Counted from the stretch's first letter, positions 26,280 through 41,849 are shown. The stretch: DNA of 64,000 nt from Eledone cirrhosa (GCA_964016885.1 OZ024742.1:21762001-21826000); one strand, 5' to 3'. Notes: generated from the sequence alone by a model not told the origin. Made by a program: numbers and translations.

Positions 26280-26588
26280 CACACACATAAAAAACAGACA
26301 TGCACATATATATATATATATATATTTCATTACTCTTACATATACACATATTATATATACATACACAACCTCACTTATACACATATACACATAAGTTATA
26401 TTACAATAATAATAAAGAATAATATACATATATATATATACATATACATATATATACATATATATATATACATACATACATACACATACATACATACACA
26501 TAAATATATACATACATAAATACACACATACGAATAAAGACATATATTCACACATAGACACACATATATATATATATATATATATATC

Positions 26589-26626
<38 letters not shown>

Positions 26627-27776
26627 CACATACACACACACACACACACACAGACACACATACACACTCACATATATATATATATATATGTGTATGTGAG
26701 TGTGCGCACATACACATATATACACACACACATACAAACACACACAAACACATACATATGCATACGTGCACACACACACACATATATCACATAGATACGA
26801 AGATAAACATATAAATAGAGAGACATACATATATATACACAACACATATACACATACATACATACACGCATATACATATACATACATATATACACATATA
26901 TATATTCCTATATATACAAGCATACACATACATACACATATATACACATATATACACATATACATACAACACATTCACATACACATACATATATAATACA
27001 TATATATACATATATATACATACATATGTATGTACAATCATATATACACACACAATCTTACATTCATATTTGCATGCTCATATATGTATTTTTATATTTA
27101 GATATAAATACCGAAACCTATATAGACACCTACCTACATATATATTCATACATAGACGCTTACAAATACAGATGATAATAGTATGGGGGAAAGGGGGGGT
27201 TTGGAGAAGGGGATCAAAGTAAATATATGTTTCAAGAAACATATAATATTTTCCGTATCTTAATTCAATGTATGTTCTTACATATTTTCAGTGCTAGGAA
27301 ATACGAAATCTATGCATCTCAAAATAAATAAGTATACCATTAATCATATGTTAACTAAACCAAAGATAGTCAACATATTGATTTCTAAGGTGTAAATTAG
27401 TTAGGTTTATAATATTTGAAGCAGAATTTTGAAGTCAAACAGTAGTAGATTATTAATTACATTATAACTAAATAAAAGTTAATAACGTTATGGTATCAAT
27501 ATTAGGAGATGAATTTAGTAATAGGGAAAAGAAACCCAAATAAAAATAAAATAAAGTATTACATCGGTAGTAGCATATAAATTATATGTTAACTAAATTA
27601 AAAATTATATATTCATTTCAATAGTATACGTTAATTAGTATATGTTAATTAGGTACACAATACATAAAGCAGATATTGTATTTCATCAATAGCATAATAT
27701 AATTATATGCAAATAGAAATCAAAATTAATACGCATACATATACATATACATACACATACACATATACATACATAT

Positions 27777-27815
<39 letters not shown>

Positions 27816-28461
27816 TACATATATACACACATATACATACATACAGATACACATACACAACACACACATATACATATACATATACATATACATATCTTTT
27901 TCAAAAAATTGCACAGAATATATTAACTAGGTATATATCCAAAACACATCCCATTCTATGATTACATGACATTCTGCAATTCGTCTGTATAAGGATACTA
28001 ATTTTAAGCAAATTAAAATTAAAGTTTTAGGTTGATTAAAACTAAAACCAAATAATAAATATATTTCCAAAATGTATATTAATTAGGTCTATAATACTAA
28101 AAATTCTTTCTCCGTCATTGGATACATGATATTATTTTGTTATATTTTATCTGTAAAAGAATTATAATAAGAATTTTTAGTATTATAGACCTAATTAATA
28201 TACATTTTGGAAATATATTTATTATTTGGTTTTAGTTTTAATCAACCTAAAACTTTAATTTTAATTTGCTTAAAATTAGTATCCTTATACAGACGAATTG
28301 CAGAATGTCATGTAATCATAGAATGGGATGTGTTTTGGATATATACCTAGTTAATATATTCTGTGCAATTTTTTGAAAAAGATATGTATATGTATATGTA
28401 TATGTATATGTGTGTGTTGTGTATGTGTATCTGTATGTATGTATATGTGTGTATATATGTA

Positions 28462-28498
<37 letters not shown>

Positions 28499-29650
28499 AT
28501 ATGTATGTATATGTGTATGTGTATGTATATGTATATGTATGCGTATTAATTTTGATTTCTATTTGCATATAATTATATTATGCTATTGATGAAATACAAT
28601 ATCTGCTTTATGTATTGTGTACCTAATTAACATATACTAATTAACGTATACTATTGAAATGAATATATAATTTTTAATTTAGTTAACATATAATTTATAT
28701 GCTACTACCGATGTAATACTTTATTTTATTTTTATTTGGGTTTCTTTTCCCTATTACTAAATTCATCTCCTAATATTGATACCATAACGTTATTAACTTT
28801 TATTTAGTTATAATGTAATTAATAATCTACTACTGTTTGACTTCAAAATTCTGCTTCAAATATTATAAACCTAACTAATTTACACCTTAGAAATCAATAT
28901 GTTGACTATCTTTGGTTTAGTTAACATATGATTAATGGTATACTTATTTATTTTGAGATGCATAGATTTCGTATTTCCTAGCACTGAAAATATGTAAGAA
29001 CATACATTGAATTAAGATACGGAAAATATTATATGTTTCTTGAAACATATATTTACTTTGATCCCCTTCTCCAAACCCCCCCTTTCCCCCATACTATTAT
29101 CATCTGTATTTGTAAGCGTCTATGTATGAATATATATGTAGGTAGGTGTCTATATAGGTTTCGGTATTTATATCTAAATATAAAAATACATATATGAGCA
29201 TGCAAATATGAATGTAAGATTGTGTGTGTATATATGATTGTACATACATATGTATGTATATATATGTATATATATGTATTATATATGTATGTGTATGTGA
29301 ATGTGTTGTATGTATATGTGTATATATGTGTATATATGTGTATGTATGTGTATGCTTGTGTATATATAGGAATATATATATGTGTATATATGTATGTATA
29401 TGTATATGCGTGTATGTATGTATGTGTATATGTGTTGTGTATATATATGTATGTCTCTCTATTTATATGTTTATCTTCGTATCTATGTGATATATGTGTG
29501 TGTGTGTGCACGTATGCATATGTATGTGTTTGTGTGTGTTTGTATGTGTGTGTGTATATATGTGTATGTGCGCACACTCACATACACATATATATATATA
29601 TATATGTGAGTGTGTATGTGTGTCTGTGTGTGTGTGTGTGTGTGTATGTG

Positions 29651-29688
<38 letters not shown>

Positions 29689-29997
29689 GATATATATATA
29701 TATATATATATATATGTGTCTATGTGTGAATATATGTCTTTATTCGTATGTGTGTATTTATGTATGTATATATTTATGTGTATGTATGTATGTGTATGTA
29801 TGTATGTATATATATATATGTATATATATGTATATGTATATATATATATGTATATTATTCTTTATTATTATTGTAATATAACTTATGTGTATATGTGTAT
29901 AAGTGAGGTTGTGTATGTATATATAATATGTGTATATGTAAGAGTAATGAAATATATATATATATATATATGTGCATGTCTGTTTTTTATGTGTGTG

Positions 29998-30032
<35 letters not shown>

Positions 30033-30122
30033 GTATACGTGTGTGTATGTAGATATATATATATATATACATGTGGGTGTTTGTATGTGTATTTATGGTG
30101 GTATGAGTGTGTGGATATATAT

Positions 30123-30161
<39 letters not shown>

Positions 30162-30165
30162 TCTA

Positions 30166-30220
<55 letters not shown>

Positions 30221-30551
30221 ATATATGTGTGTGTGTATGTATATATATATGTGTATGTATGTGTGTATATATATATTTCTCTATTAATGCGTGTGTGTAT
30301 GTATATACATATGCCTTTTTATTATTTTTTTATTATTATTTTCATTTGTATGTCTGAGTTTGGTGAGGTTGTATTGTTTTTTATGTATATACACATATAT
30401 GGAAGCGTATGTATTTATTTATATGAGTATAAGTAGGTGCATATGTATGTATGATTATATATCTAATTCTATGTATGAAAGTACATCTATATATATATAT
30501 ATATACGTGTGTATGTAAGTTGTGTGTGTATGTATCTTTATGTCTATGTGA

Positions 30552-30601
<50 letters not shown>

Positions 30602-30690
30602 CGATGTGCGTATATGTATGTACATGTATGTACATGTATGTGTGTATGTATGTGTATGTATATTTAGATGTATGTGTATGTATATGTATA

Positions 30691-30731
<41 letters not shown>

Positions 30732-31561
30732 GTGTGTGTGTATATATATATATATGGATATATATCTTTATTATCTATTTTTTATATATATGTGTATGTG
30801 TGTATGTGTTGCGCGTGTGAGTGTGTGTATATATATATCTTTTTATATGTGTATGTGTATGTTCGTGTAAGTGTATGTGTGTGTATGACTGTATATGTAT
30901 GTGTGTATGTGTGTATGCGTAAATATCTCTATGTGCGCGTACATGTATGTATGTGTATATATATCTGTATGTGTATGTACATTATATTATATTTATTATA
31001 TTTTATTGTTTTTATTTTTTTATTTTTCTTAATTTATAGATACATTTATATTAGGCAGTCTGCTCAGACAATTGAATACTGACCCCTCCCCCCCTCCCAC
31101 CTAATTTCTGTATCTTGATCTTGAAATGTGTGTGCCAGTGTTTTATGTGAGTGACTTAATTTCTATGTGCTTATGATTTTATATCCACATATATAAATGT
31201 GAGTGGGGGAGTGTGTGTGTTTGTATGTTCGTGGTTATGTGTATATTTATGCATATACGCGCATGTATGTGTGATTATACTGATATGTGTGAGTATGAAA
31301 AAATATATTTATATGCTTGACTCCATAAGTATCAATGCGCATCTTATCAGCGCATTAAGCTTACAGAGATATTAACCTTGAAATTTTGTGTTTGCATCCA
31401 TCTTTTTAGTATGCGCATACAAATTATACACACATTATTGTAAAATATGTGTAAGGATTTTACATGTATATACACACACCGAACTGCTTTTAACCCTTTG
31501 TGTTTTCATTGGTCAATTTTGAACTGATATTTTGAATTGTTGTTATTATCAATAAATATAC

Positions 31562-31716
31562 TTCATTATTTCTGAAGACGGCGTATATATGTGTTAGGTA
31601 TGTATATTTAATCTTGATAATTTGTATAATTTTGTATAATTTTGTACATAGATCTGTTGAATATGCATACCAATTATAACACATATATACCCTAGAAACG
31701 ATCGTTAAATAATGAA
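31562..31716 (+). ncRNA. Hammerhead with ~115-nt stem II, inverted pLTR copy
   Basis: Same motif on the plus strand; 10-bp stem I; GUU triplet. Confidence 0.82.
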
Positions 31717-31901
31717 CTTTTTTTGTTTAATATAAGGAATTGTTTATTCATTATTTCTTTAATATTTTATCTTGACTCTGTATACCGTTTATCTTTCACC
31801 GAAAGTGGATTTTCATTACATCTCTTCTTTCCATGATATCCGGAATACATTGAGTTCTTCATACGGATTGGACACTACCGTAAACTCTTGGTAGATTTAT
31901 C

Positions 31902-31974
<73 letters not shown>

Positions 31975-32631
31975 GATTCTTTTATTCACACTTTTGAAAA
32001 TTTGCCCGCCAAAGCCCGGATGTGAATCTTCCTGTTTTCTTGATAAACAACATGTAACTCCGCTGCCAAAGTTACTGCTACAGTACTTGACAGTGGAGTT
32101 ACTAAGCCACGCTCATGGAATACGGAACGAAATGCCTGTTAAGAAAGGGATATCCTCGTTCCAGCTTAGGATACATTACAGACTTGCATATTGCTCAACT
32201 TGGAGTGTAGCATTCGGTTTCCCAGAAACCAACCGAAGATATTTATATAATTGTTTCAACATTTGGCACAAGGCCAGCAATTATCCCAGTGTATTACTGG
32301 TGCTTTATTTTATCGACCCTGTAAGGATGCGATCAGGTTCAGGTTCACAATTAACCTGTTTTTATTATCGTTGTTGTAGTGGCTTTTGTGGCAACATGTC
32401 ACCGACCACAATATTCACTGTATCACACCCACCCCTAACGTATTGTTACTAATATGCGATATAATTTATCGATTTATCGATATCATCTCATTGAGTGCTT
32501 CGTGCCAGTTTCTGAAGATTAATTTCGAAAAATATTAATCGCAGCTGCTACTTCGATTTTGCTCTCTATTATTATTATACGCACACACATTGATATATAT
32601 ATATACACACACACACATACATACGCACACG

Positions 32632-32711
<80 letters not shown>

Positions 32712-32716
<5 letters not shown>

Positions 32717-32805
32717 CGTTCCCCTAAAAATGTATACATATTTCGATTACATTTATAGGTAATATTTATTGGAATGCACAGTGTATAAAATTTTGGGACA
32801 CCCTG
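32712..32805. mobile_element. Short Tc1/mariner-type MITE
   Basis: Right TIR reads cagggtgtcccaaaa on the minus strand; degenerate left TIR tagggcgttcccctaaaa; TA on both flanks. Confidence 0.6.
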
Positions 32806-33422
32806 TATATATGATAAAAACAGTTGAAATTAATGTATGTAAGATTTCACAGCTCTAGCATCATTCCTTCATAATCATCCTCTGAACGTTTCAGCTCACC
32901 CTCATATATGTGGATACCGATAGTAGTTTTGAAAGTTAAACAATTGAAGTAAAATTTCAATGAAACATACTTACAAGAACTGGAAGATTCCTTCTCACAT
33001 AAATACTTAAATCCTGGCAAGATTGACTAACAGAACTCCGTTTAAAGTGAAGTTTATGTTGTTGGTCTCGCCTGGGGGAATCTAGCCGGATCAATTAGAG
33101 ACGGTTGCTTCTAACAGGACAAGCTCGCTGGAAGGTGGGTTGGAGGACTCCGCTCACACGACCATTGCAGGAATAAATGGGTGAACAAGGAGAGACAGAA
33201 GTAAAGCTGTGTAAACCATACACATTTGTCACTAATATACAGAACTTCCCAATGAACTCAGACAAAATATATCTAAATCAGGAAGCATATAAATATAGAA
33301 TAATTTATGCAAAGTTACCGACGGATTATTATTAAAGCCAACTAATGCAACAAAGTTTCATTCTCATCGTTTCCGTGACTGCAGTTTAGAAAACTTTGCA
33401 TGAAAATATCATTATATATCAA

Positions 33423-33606
33423 GTTTAATATAGAAATAATTCCTACATGACTAGAACTGTTTCATTCAAAAGAAATCCTCATGGCTTTCCTGGTGATTTC
33501 TTTTGAATAAAACAGTTCTAGTCCTGTAGGATCTATTTCTATATTAAATATGTTTACACTCTACTAATGTACTTACTCTGGTTGCGTCCGATTGAACCCG
33601 CGTCTC
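33423..33606 (+). mobile_element. Fold-back element, family A, diverged copy 3
   Basis: Arms ctagaactgtttcattcaaaagaaatc / gatttcttttgaataaaacagttctag; tail homologous to 3324-3391. Confidence 0.75.
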
Positions 33607-33619
33607 ACATATATATATA

Positions 33620-33739
<120 letters not shown>

Positions 33740-33916
33740 ATCCAGGACAGTGTTTATCATTCCTGCTGTACACTGTGGCCCTGAATACACCACCGAACTA
33801 TTCGAAGCTGTATGTCCATTCGACAGCTGTTGACCACGGAATTCTTGTATCTGTTGCCTATTTTGATTTATATATCTAGATACTACTAAAACACAACACT
33901 GTGATTGTGTGCTAAA

Positions 33917-34337
<421 letters not shown>

Positions 34338-35686
34338 ATCATATAAAGTTTCCGCATTATAATCTTTTTTCGTTCTACCTTGTTTTTATTATCTTCTCTT
34401 TGACAATTATTCTAATTATATACGCGTATGTGTATACATGGCTATGTGTGTGCGCATACATGCGTGTTTGTTTGTGTGTTTGTTTGTGTGTATCTGCGTG
34501 TGCGTCTGTGTATGTGTATCTGCGTTTATCTGATTCTGTGTCAATTTCCCTATGTGTAAATATCTGTAACTATATATGTGTATGAGTATGTCTGTGAGTG
34601 TACATATGTTTACATGTGTATGAGATTGTATAATGTGTGTGAGATTTCGTTTTGCATGCAACATTTGCATAGTTCTGATTAAACAGCGTAATCCCTCACA
34701 GAGAATCACGTTATGAAATGGAACGAGTTTAGTACACTCTCTGGTATTTCATTTTATATTGAAAATTACACACAGCTTTTTTTATTTTATTCTTCAGAAA
34801 AGTTCTGGCCATTTGATAAAATAGCCTGCAGTAATTATTATTATTATTATTTCATTAATTTGATCGGCATGTGGTGGTTCTTCTAAATATGATTGGTACT
34901 AATCCCAGCTCAAGGGTTTTAAGTGACCAAAAACAAAAGCTGTTGTGGTATTTATTAATTCTTCTCTTTCTTTTTACTATTTTCATATTTCCAATATTTG
35001 GTATTATTATGAATGTATCTGAATATTTCTTTTTGTTGCTGTTGCTGTTGTTGTTGTTGTTGTTGTTGTTGTTGTCTTTATATTCCAATTCCAAATAATC
35101 AGAATTAGGAAGCCTACAGGTCTGCAAAATGAAGATAATTCAAAAATCTGTGAAACTGCTGATATCATTCAAAAAGAATATAATTCTTCCAAGTATGAGT
35201 TTGTAATTAGAAGAGTTGTTGGAAATATGTTCAACATTAATGTATTCTATCATTGGACATTATTATTACACCATAATAAGTACATACAGGCTTGTCTATA
35301 AATATATATTTCTTTATATATCTAAGTCTGTAACTGATATTTTACACAAAGCTAAATATGATTTCAATTATATAGTATAATTATTTGATAATAAAAGAAA
35401 GTTATAATTATATGTAAGATTTCCTAGCCTATTCATATTTAGATGATTAAAATTTTAATTAACCCGTAGTATACATGAAGAAATTAAATGATAAAATACT
35501 AATTGCATATATGAGAGATATTCCGTTAGAAAGTAAATGTATTTAAGTATATAGTGTATACTTAATTGTATTTTTTTTTAAATATATTGTATATGATACG
35601 TTCGTATTAATGTTGACTGCACACCTATATATACATACATTAATATATTATATATGTGCGTGTGTATGTGTGTGTGCATAATTATA

Positions 35687-35773
<87 letters not shown>

Positions 35774-35866
35774 ATATTGGCAGCATGACTCTCCCAAAGT
35801 ATAACAATATCTGCTTCAACACACGTTTTCAGATAAGAAGTCTTGCAAAACAAATTCAAAACCGAA

Positions 35867-35974
<108 letters not shown>

Positions 35975-36864
35975 TACACGGAGCTCGTTGAGTGCATTAC
36001 CGATGTTTAAATTGTGTAATTATTTATATAGAACCTAAGGTTTGTGCTAGTAAGTGATCCAAAATGTAATTCCTCTAATACATCCTACGTTAGTGAGTAG
36101 AAAGTTTTCAAGCAAAAATAACTGATAGGGAAAAGATTATAAGTAACTTTCAAACAATATCTGTAAACCAAACCATAATAAAATAAAATCAATAAGACTT
36201 ATCAAATACAAAATACTGCGGGTGATCTAGTGTAATATGAAATAAATGTGTATTTCATAGAACTATTATTACCAATACATTAATGTACTTCAATGCAAAC
36301 CTTAGCTTTTGCCTGGAGATTTCTGATAACTAAATCAGTTTTCTATTTTTTTGTTTACTTAAGGTATATACTTATTCACCATGAGTACATTTAAGTTGTC
36401 ACTACAATAGGCTATGAAATGATGAGAATAAAACCATTATGATATTAGACAGAATCTAAGTAGTCCAATCTTATATTTTTCCCAAATCAGGCTTTAGTGG
36501 GTTAAATAATTTGATTCACAATCGTGAGGTTGTTATTCCGATTCCCTGGGCCGGGCGATACGTTGTGATCTTAAGCAACACACTTTATTTCACGCTTTAT
36601 TTCACTCTTTCTGCTAGGAGCTGCAATGGGTAAGTAGTATCAGCAATTGGTAAGACCAATAGAAACATTGGTTTTTTGCTCCAAGCTGACGAGTTCCACC
36701 ACACTCGATAAGCGAAGGGGGTCTAGGATCTTGTTCGTTCCTGGAATCCTTGAAAGCATATATAAAGCCAATGTTTATTTTCTGTTTCTGTAGAATAGGT
36801 GGCAAAGACATATTTCTCACCTTGGTTAGAAAAATATCTAACTGTATGTAGTTGATCCACAATA

Positions 36865-36998
36865 GGCGGTAAATTGGCAGAGTCACTAGAACGTCGGATA
36901 GAATGCTTAGTAAAGTTCGTTCCGGGAGTCTGCTCTCTGAGTTCAAATCCTGCTGAGGTCAACTTTGATCTTCATTCATTTAAGGTCGATAAAATGTA
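36865..36998 (+). mobile_element. tRNA-SINE copy whose head matches the 29-bp satellite unit
   Basis: ggcggtaaat-tggcagagtcactagaacgtcggatagaa-tgcttag...gagttcaaatcc. Confidence 0.85.
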
Positions 36999-38329
36999 TC
37001 GATTCTTCTTCTATATATTTTTCTCGCATCCTTTCTCTCTCACTTTTTATCCTTCTCTGGCAGAATTCTGCCGTATTCATACATATTCGCCGGGTTTAAG
37101 GAACACCCTAGAAACGCCGTATGTTAATATGGCACCCCTACGACTCCCTCGGTTGTTATACAGTTGAACCACTGCGCTCTAAGTTCAAATTACGCCTATT
37201 TCATATTTAAATTTTAACCTGTCAATGTTGATAAATAGAATACCTGTCAAATACTGATGTCGATAATCTCTCCCTCTCTCTCTTTCCTTCCTTCTTTGGA
37301 AAAACAATCAGCTGTATTCCGACCTAGAGAGGGATGGGTCTCGCCAGGTTTCAAATATTCAAGACACGTCGTGTAATAGGACGGTGCCTATATATATCTC
37401 CATCAGATATAAAGGGTCTACAGATGATATTGTACCTGGTACGGCAGGTGAATGTATCACTGTCTACACTATAAACCATGTCTAGTCTAGTACTATATGA
37501 AGGTAGATACTGAAGATTAATTGATTTCAGCTGTGACAAAAAGCATTGTTGTATATCTGTACGTTGCTAGAAGAGACGATTAATAGCAGTCCACTCAAGT
37601 ACTGCACTAATCTGTCTTATGTGACATTTTATGGCTTACTAAATAAATTTATACAGTTGTTTAAATTGATGAAATAAATACCGTAGTGGGTCACACTTTC
37701 ACAAATTCAAGGTTCAAATTATCAGTAAAAACCCAAATACTTTGTCAAACAACGTAGTTTATGTATATCGTGTCTTTCGTGGAATTTGTATTTCATCGGT
37801 CTATAGAAGCTTCACATATAACTATAATAAAGATACGGATAGAAAGAAAAAGAAAAAAGAAGAGGGGGGTGCAGTGAAGGTAGAGAAGAAAAAGAAGAAT
37901 GAATAAGGAAGAAGAGAAAGAGATAGAGAAGGATTGAGAAGGAAATAGGGATACAGGCAGAGATAGGAAGGAGAGAAAGAGGAAGATAAACAGACGGACG
38001 AATATATACAATACCAGACTGAAAGCAAATGTAAAATAGAGATTTAAGCACAGAAACAAAAAAATATAATAATAAATAATAAATAATAAATAATAATAAA
38101 TAAATAAATAAATAAGTAAATAAATAAATAAATATATAAATAAATAAATTAATAAATAAATACACAGGTAAATGATGGATAAATAGATAAACAGATAGAT
38201 GAATAAATAAACAATTTACATCTATTGTTATATAGAATGGTATAATATACGAAACGTAGAGACGAGAATAGATAAAAAAAAAAGTGTGTTGAAGAGAATG
38301 AGTGGTATTAATGTTGTTAATGTTATTAA

Positions 38330-38512
38330 TTGTTTCTACTTTTGGCACAAGGCCAGCAATTTCCCAGTGTATTACTGGTACTTTATTTTATCGACCCCAT
38401 AAGGATGAAAGGCAAAGTTAACCTCAGCGGGATTTGAACTCAGAACGGCAACGGCCGTAACTCTATGCGCCAAAGCATGGCGTCCGACCCCCTACCGATA
38501 CTGCCAATCCAT
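38330..38512 (-). mobile_element. tRNA-derived SINE (family 1)
   Basis: Reverse complement of 12898-13088. Confidence 0.85.
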
Positions 38513-38814
38513 TAATGTTGTTAATGTTATTGCGAATAGTTATTGATGATTATTAAAAATGGATAAATGTAAAGTTGAAAATATTATAATGTTGGATATA
38601 TTTATGCTTGTATTGGATGTAATAAGTAAATTAGCTAGTTTAAGATGTATTACATGATGAGATAAGGTAAAATGATCGAGAAGAAACAGGTTTAAGTAGA
38701 GAAATGCAAGATAAATGGAGATGCATGAAATAAATAACATAATAATGTAAATATAAAGGAACTGAAGTTATTCTTTGGTAATTATAAAGGTGACGATGGT
38801 GCTGATAGTTTGAT

Positions 38815-39050
38815 ATCGTAGAAACAATTGTGAGACTGTAAATAAATCTCCTTGTTTATAATGTTGACCATGTTATTCTTCACTTTTTTATTACTCCAAG
38901 ATATACTTACATAGGAAAACAAGTGAAGTCATTTACTCGTCACCCATGTAAACCTCTTGTCACACAGCACCGTACGCTTAAACTATCCATCATAAGTAGT
39001 TTTCACAAACTCTTATCGGAATACCTTTAACAATATATTGTTACACTCTA
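38815..39050 (+). mobile_element. Family G PLE 3' end (HHR 3' half + tail)
   Basis: gaaacaattgt..ctgtaaataaa...tgttgaccatgttattcttcact...ttactccaag, homologous to the reverse complement of 16565-16810. Confidence 0.65.
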
Positions 39051-39076
39051 TACATATATACATATATATATATGTA

Positions 39077-39201
<125 letters not shown>

Positions 39202-39492
39202 CATCATATAGGCATGAAGATTTTCATCATGAATAAGCTTGGTATATGACAAAGTAATTTGTGAATTTTATTGTATCCAAACTCGAACGAGATAGTGTTT
39301 TAATTAGAAATTCGTTGATAAGCTTATTAAGAAAATATCTTAAGTCAGGAATCATTACAACGCCAGAAAGTCTTATATACGTCAGTTGAAGAAAAAAAAA
39401 CGTCACAACTATATTTTTCATACTAAAATAAGCGGCATACTAGTATATATCGTGACTCTGTATTCTTGTGCATCGTGCTAAATTAGACGTGA

Positions 39493-39539
<47 letters not shown>

Positions 39540-39601
39540 AGTGTGTGTAAGTATACATACATATTCATACATATATGTGAGTATGTAAACATATATATGC
39601 A

Positions 39602-39644
<43 letters not shown>

Positions 39645-39849
39645 GATATATATATAATATATATATATAATATATATATATATATTATATATATATATAT
39701 ATAAACATATATATATTTGTATAAGTGTATATATGTGTGTGTATATATATATATGTATATGCTTATATATACATATATATAAATATATATATATTTATTT
39801 ATATGTGTGTGTCTCTATGTATATATGCATGTAAGTATACACACACACA

Positions 39850-39881
<32 letters not shown>

Positions 39882-40740
39882 AATTAATAAAAACAATGAA
39901 ATAAAAACAAAGAACAAGTTCCTTATATTAAAAGATTTTTACGATCGTTTCTAGGATGTATATGTGTGTTGGTATGTATATAATATGTAAAAATATTACA
40001 AATTATCAGAGGAAATATACATACCTTCACATATACATGCTGTCTTCAGAAATGATGAGATTTTTTTATTGAAAAAAAACAAAAACAACAAAGATTTAAT
40101 ATAAAAGGTCTGTTTGGGAACAGGTTTTGAATTGACCAATAGAAAAGTAGTTAGAGGTCAAGTTGATAGAATAGTGGTAGTAGAAATTTAATTTAGGGGT
40201 AGAGGAGTCAGACTTATGTTTTGAATGATAAGAATACTTTGAATGAAAAGAATACTTTGGGGATGAAAAGTAGTCAAGCCAGTGAAGGGTACATGAAAAT
40301 TTGATGTTATTAATGAATAATGTTAGAAACGAAGGAAAATAAAATTTTAGGGTAAGGGTATTAGTGAGAAATATCAATCTTATTTAAACCACAAGGAATC
40401 TAGATCTATAATAAGAAATTAAATTAATTGATAGGTATACTTATAGGGATAAATTTATATTATTTATATGAATGGGATAAATAAGAATTAGATGTTATTA
40501 AAAACGAAGGAAAGTAAAAATTTGGGATAAGGGAAGTAGTGAAAAATACCAATCTTATATAAACTACAAGGAAATTAAATTAATTTATAGGTAAACTTTT
40601 AGGTATTAATTTTAGGAAAAGAGAGCAGTAAAAGGGAAATTAAATTATGAAGTTACTCTTTAGTAAAATACTAATTATAGGTTAACTAAACTAATAAAAC
40701 TAATTATAATAATATGTAAAATATAAGTGTCAGGTGTATA

Positions 40741-41169
40741 TTAATTATGTTTATAATATTTGATGGTTCTTCTAATTCTATGATTGCAAGATATAATTAA
40801 TTCCTGTCGCTTATTTAATAGGATATCCTTAGATTTCATGATTTCACAAAGTTCCTGGGAGCATAACCTACAATTGTATCTATTGTTTTGGTAAGGAGTG
40901 ACCCTTTTGAGCACACTCCAGGTCAGGTTGTAATTGATATCCTTCTTTCTATAATTATTAATTGTTTCAGCCAAGGATTTTATATTAGCTAATGCGGCAT
41001 TTTTAAAACTATGTTTGTGTGTATTAAATCTTACTTTAAATTGGTTAGACGTAGCTCCTATATATGAATAAGTGGAGTCCTTAGTGCTAATTTTACATTT
41101 ATAGACTATGTTATTAATAAGACAATTTCCCTTTAATGGGCAATTTCTTTTGATTCTACAGTTACAATT
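40741..41169 (-). pseudogene. Naiad GIY-YIG domain fragment (open frame, 5'-truncated)
   Basis: NCNCRIKRNCPLKGNCLINNIVYKC...YIGATSNQFKVRFNTHKHSF...CRLCSQEL..LLNKRQELIISCNH; very similar to the C-terminus of the 21789 ORF. Confidence 0.92.
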
Positions 41170-41529
41170 TAATTTCTTCTTATAGATCTAGATTCCTTGT
41201 GGTTTAAATAAGATTGATATTTCTCACTAATAACCTTACCCTAAAATTTTATTTTCCTTCGTTTTTAACATTATTCTTTAATAAAATCAAATTTTCATGT
41301 ACCCTTCATTGGCTTGACCTCTTTTCATCCCCAAAGTATTCTTTTGATTCAAAGTATTCTTTTCATTCAAAACATAAGTCTGCACTCCTCTACCCCTAAA
41401 TTAAATTTCCACTACCACTATTCTATCAACTTGACCTCTAATTACTTTTCTATTGGTCAATTCAAAACCTGTTTCCAAACAGACCTTTTATATTAAATCT
41501 ATGTTGGGTTTTTTTTCAATAAAAAAATC

Positions 41530-41664
41530 TCATCATTTCTGAAGACAGCATGTATATGTGAAGGTATGTATATTTCCTCTGATAATTTGTAATATTTTTA
41601 CATACATCATATGATATACATACCAACACACATATACATCCTAGAAACGATCGTAAAATGATGA
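41530..41664 (+). ncRNA. Hammerhead with long stem II (Naiad subfamily 2); mirror copy ~39935-40059 has a damaged stem I
   Basis: tcatcattt-CTGAAGA-cagcatgtatatgtg...cacatatacatccta-GAAA-cgatcg-TA-aaatgatga. Confidence 0.85.
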
Positions 41665-41849
41665 ATTTTTTAATATAAGGAACTTTTTCTTTGTTTTTAT
41701 TTCATTGTTTTTATTAATTTATCTTGACTCTGTTTTCCTATGATTTCATCGAAACTTTTTGAATGCATCTTCTCTTTTCATGACATTTGGATTACATTGA
41801 GTTCTTCATACGGATTAGACACTACCGTATATTTTGGTAGATTTATCTA

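Larger units (their letters stand above)
17951..31907 (-). mobile_element. Full-length Naiad-type Penelope-like retroelement: pLTR-ORF-pLTR plus inverted pLTR
   Basis: 17951-21610 is directly repeated at 24520-28170 (period 6569 bp); 24383-28108 is inverted at 28169-31907; one long ORF; flanked by (TA)n. Confidence 0.95.

Noticed and set aside
18639-31082. Long ORFs rich in YI/CV/HT dipeptides (up to 337 aa)
   Set aside because: They are stop-free translations of (TA)n/(TG)n microsatellites, not proteins.
31973-32452. 159-aa ORF
   Set aside because: It runs through an antisense SINE fragment (~32250-32330) and another repeat; no recognisable domain.
35110-35300. Open frame after a CAG that might be an exon
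   Set aside because: Poor polypyrimidine tract and no recognisable homology.
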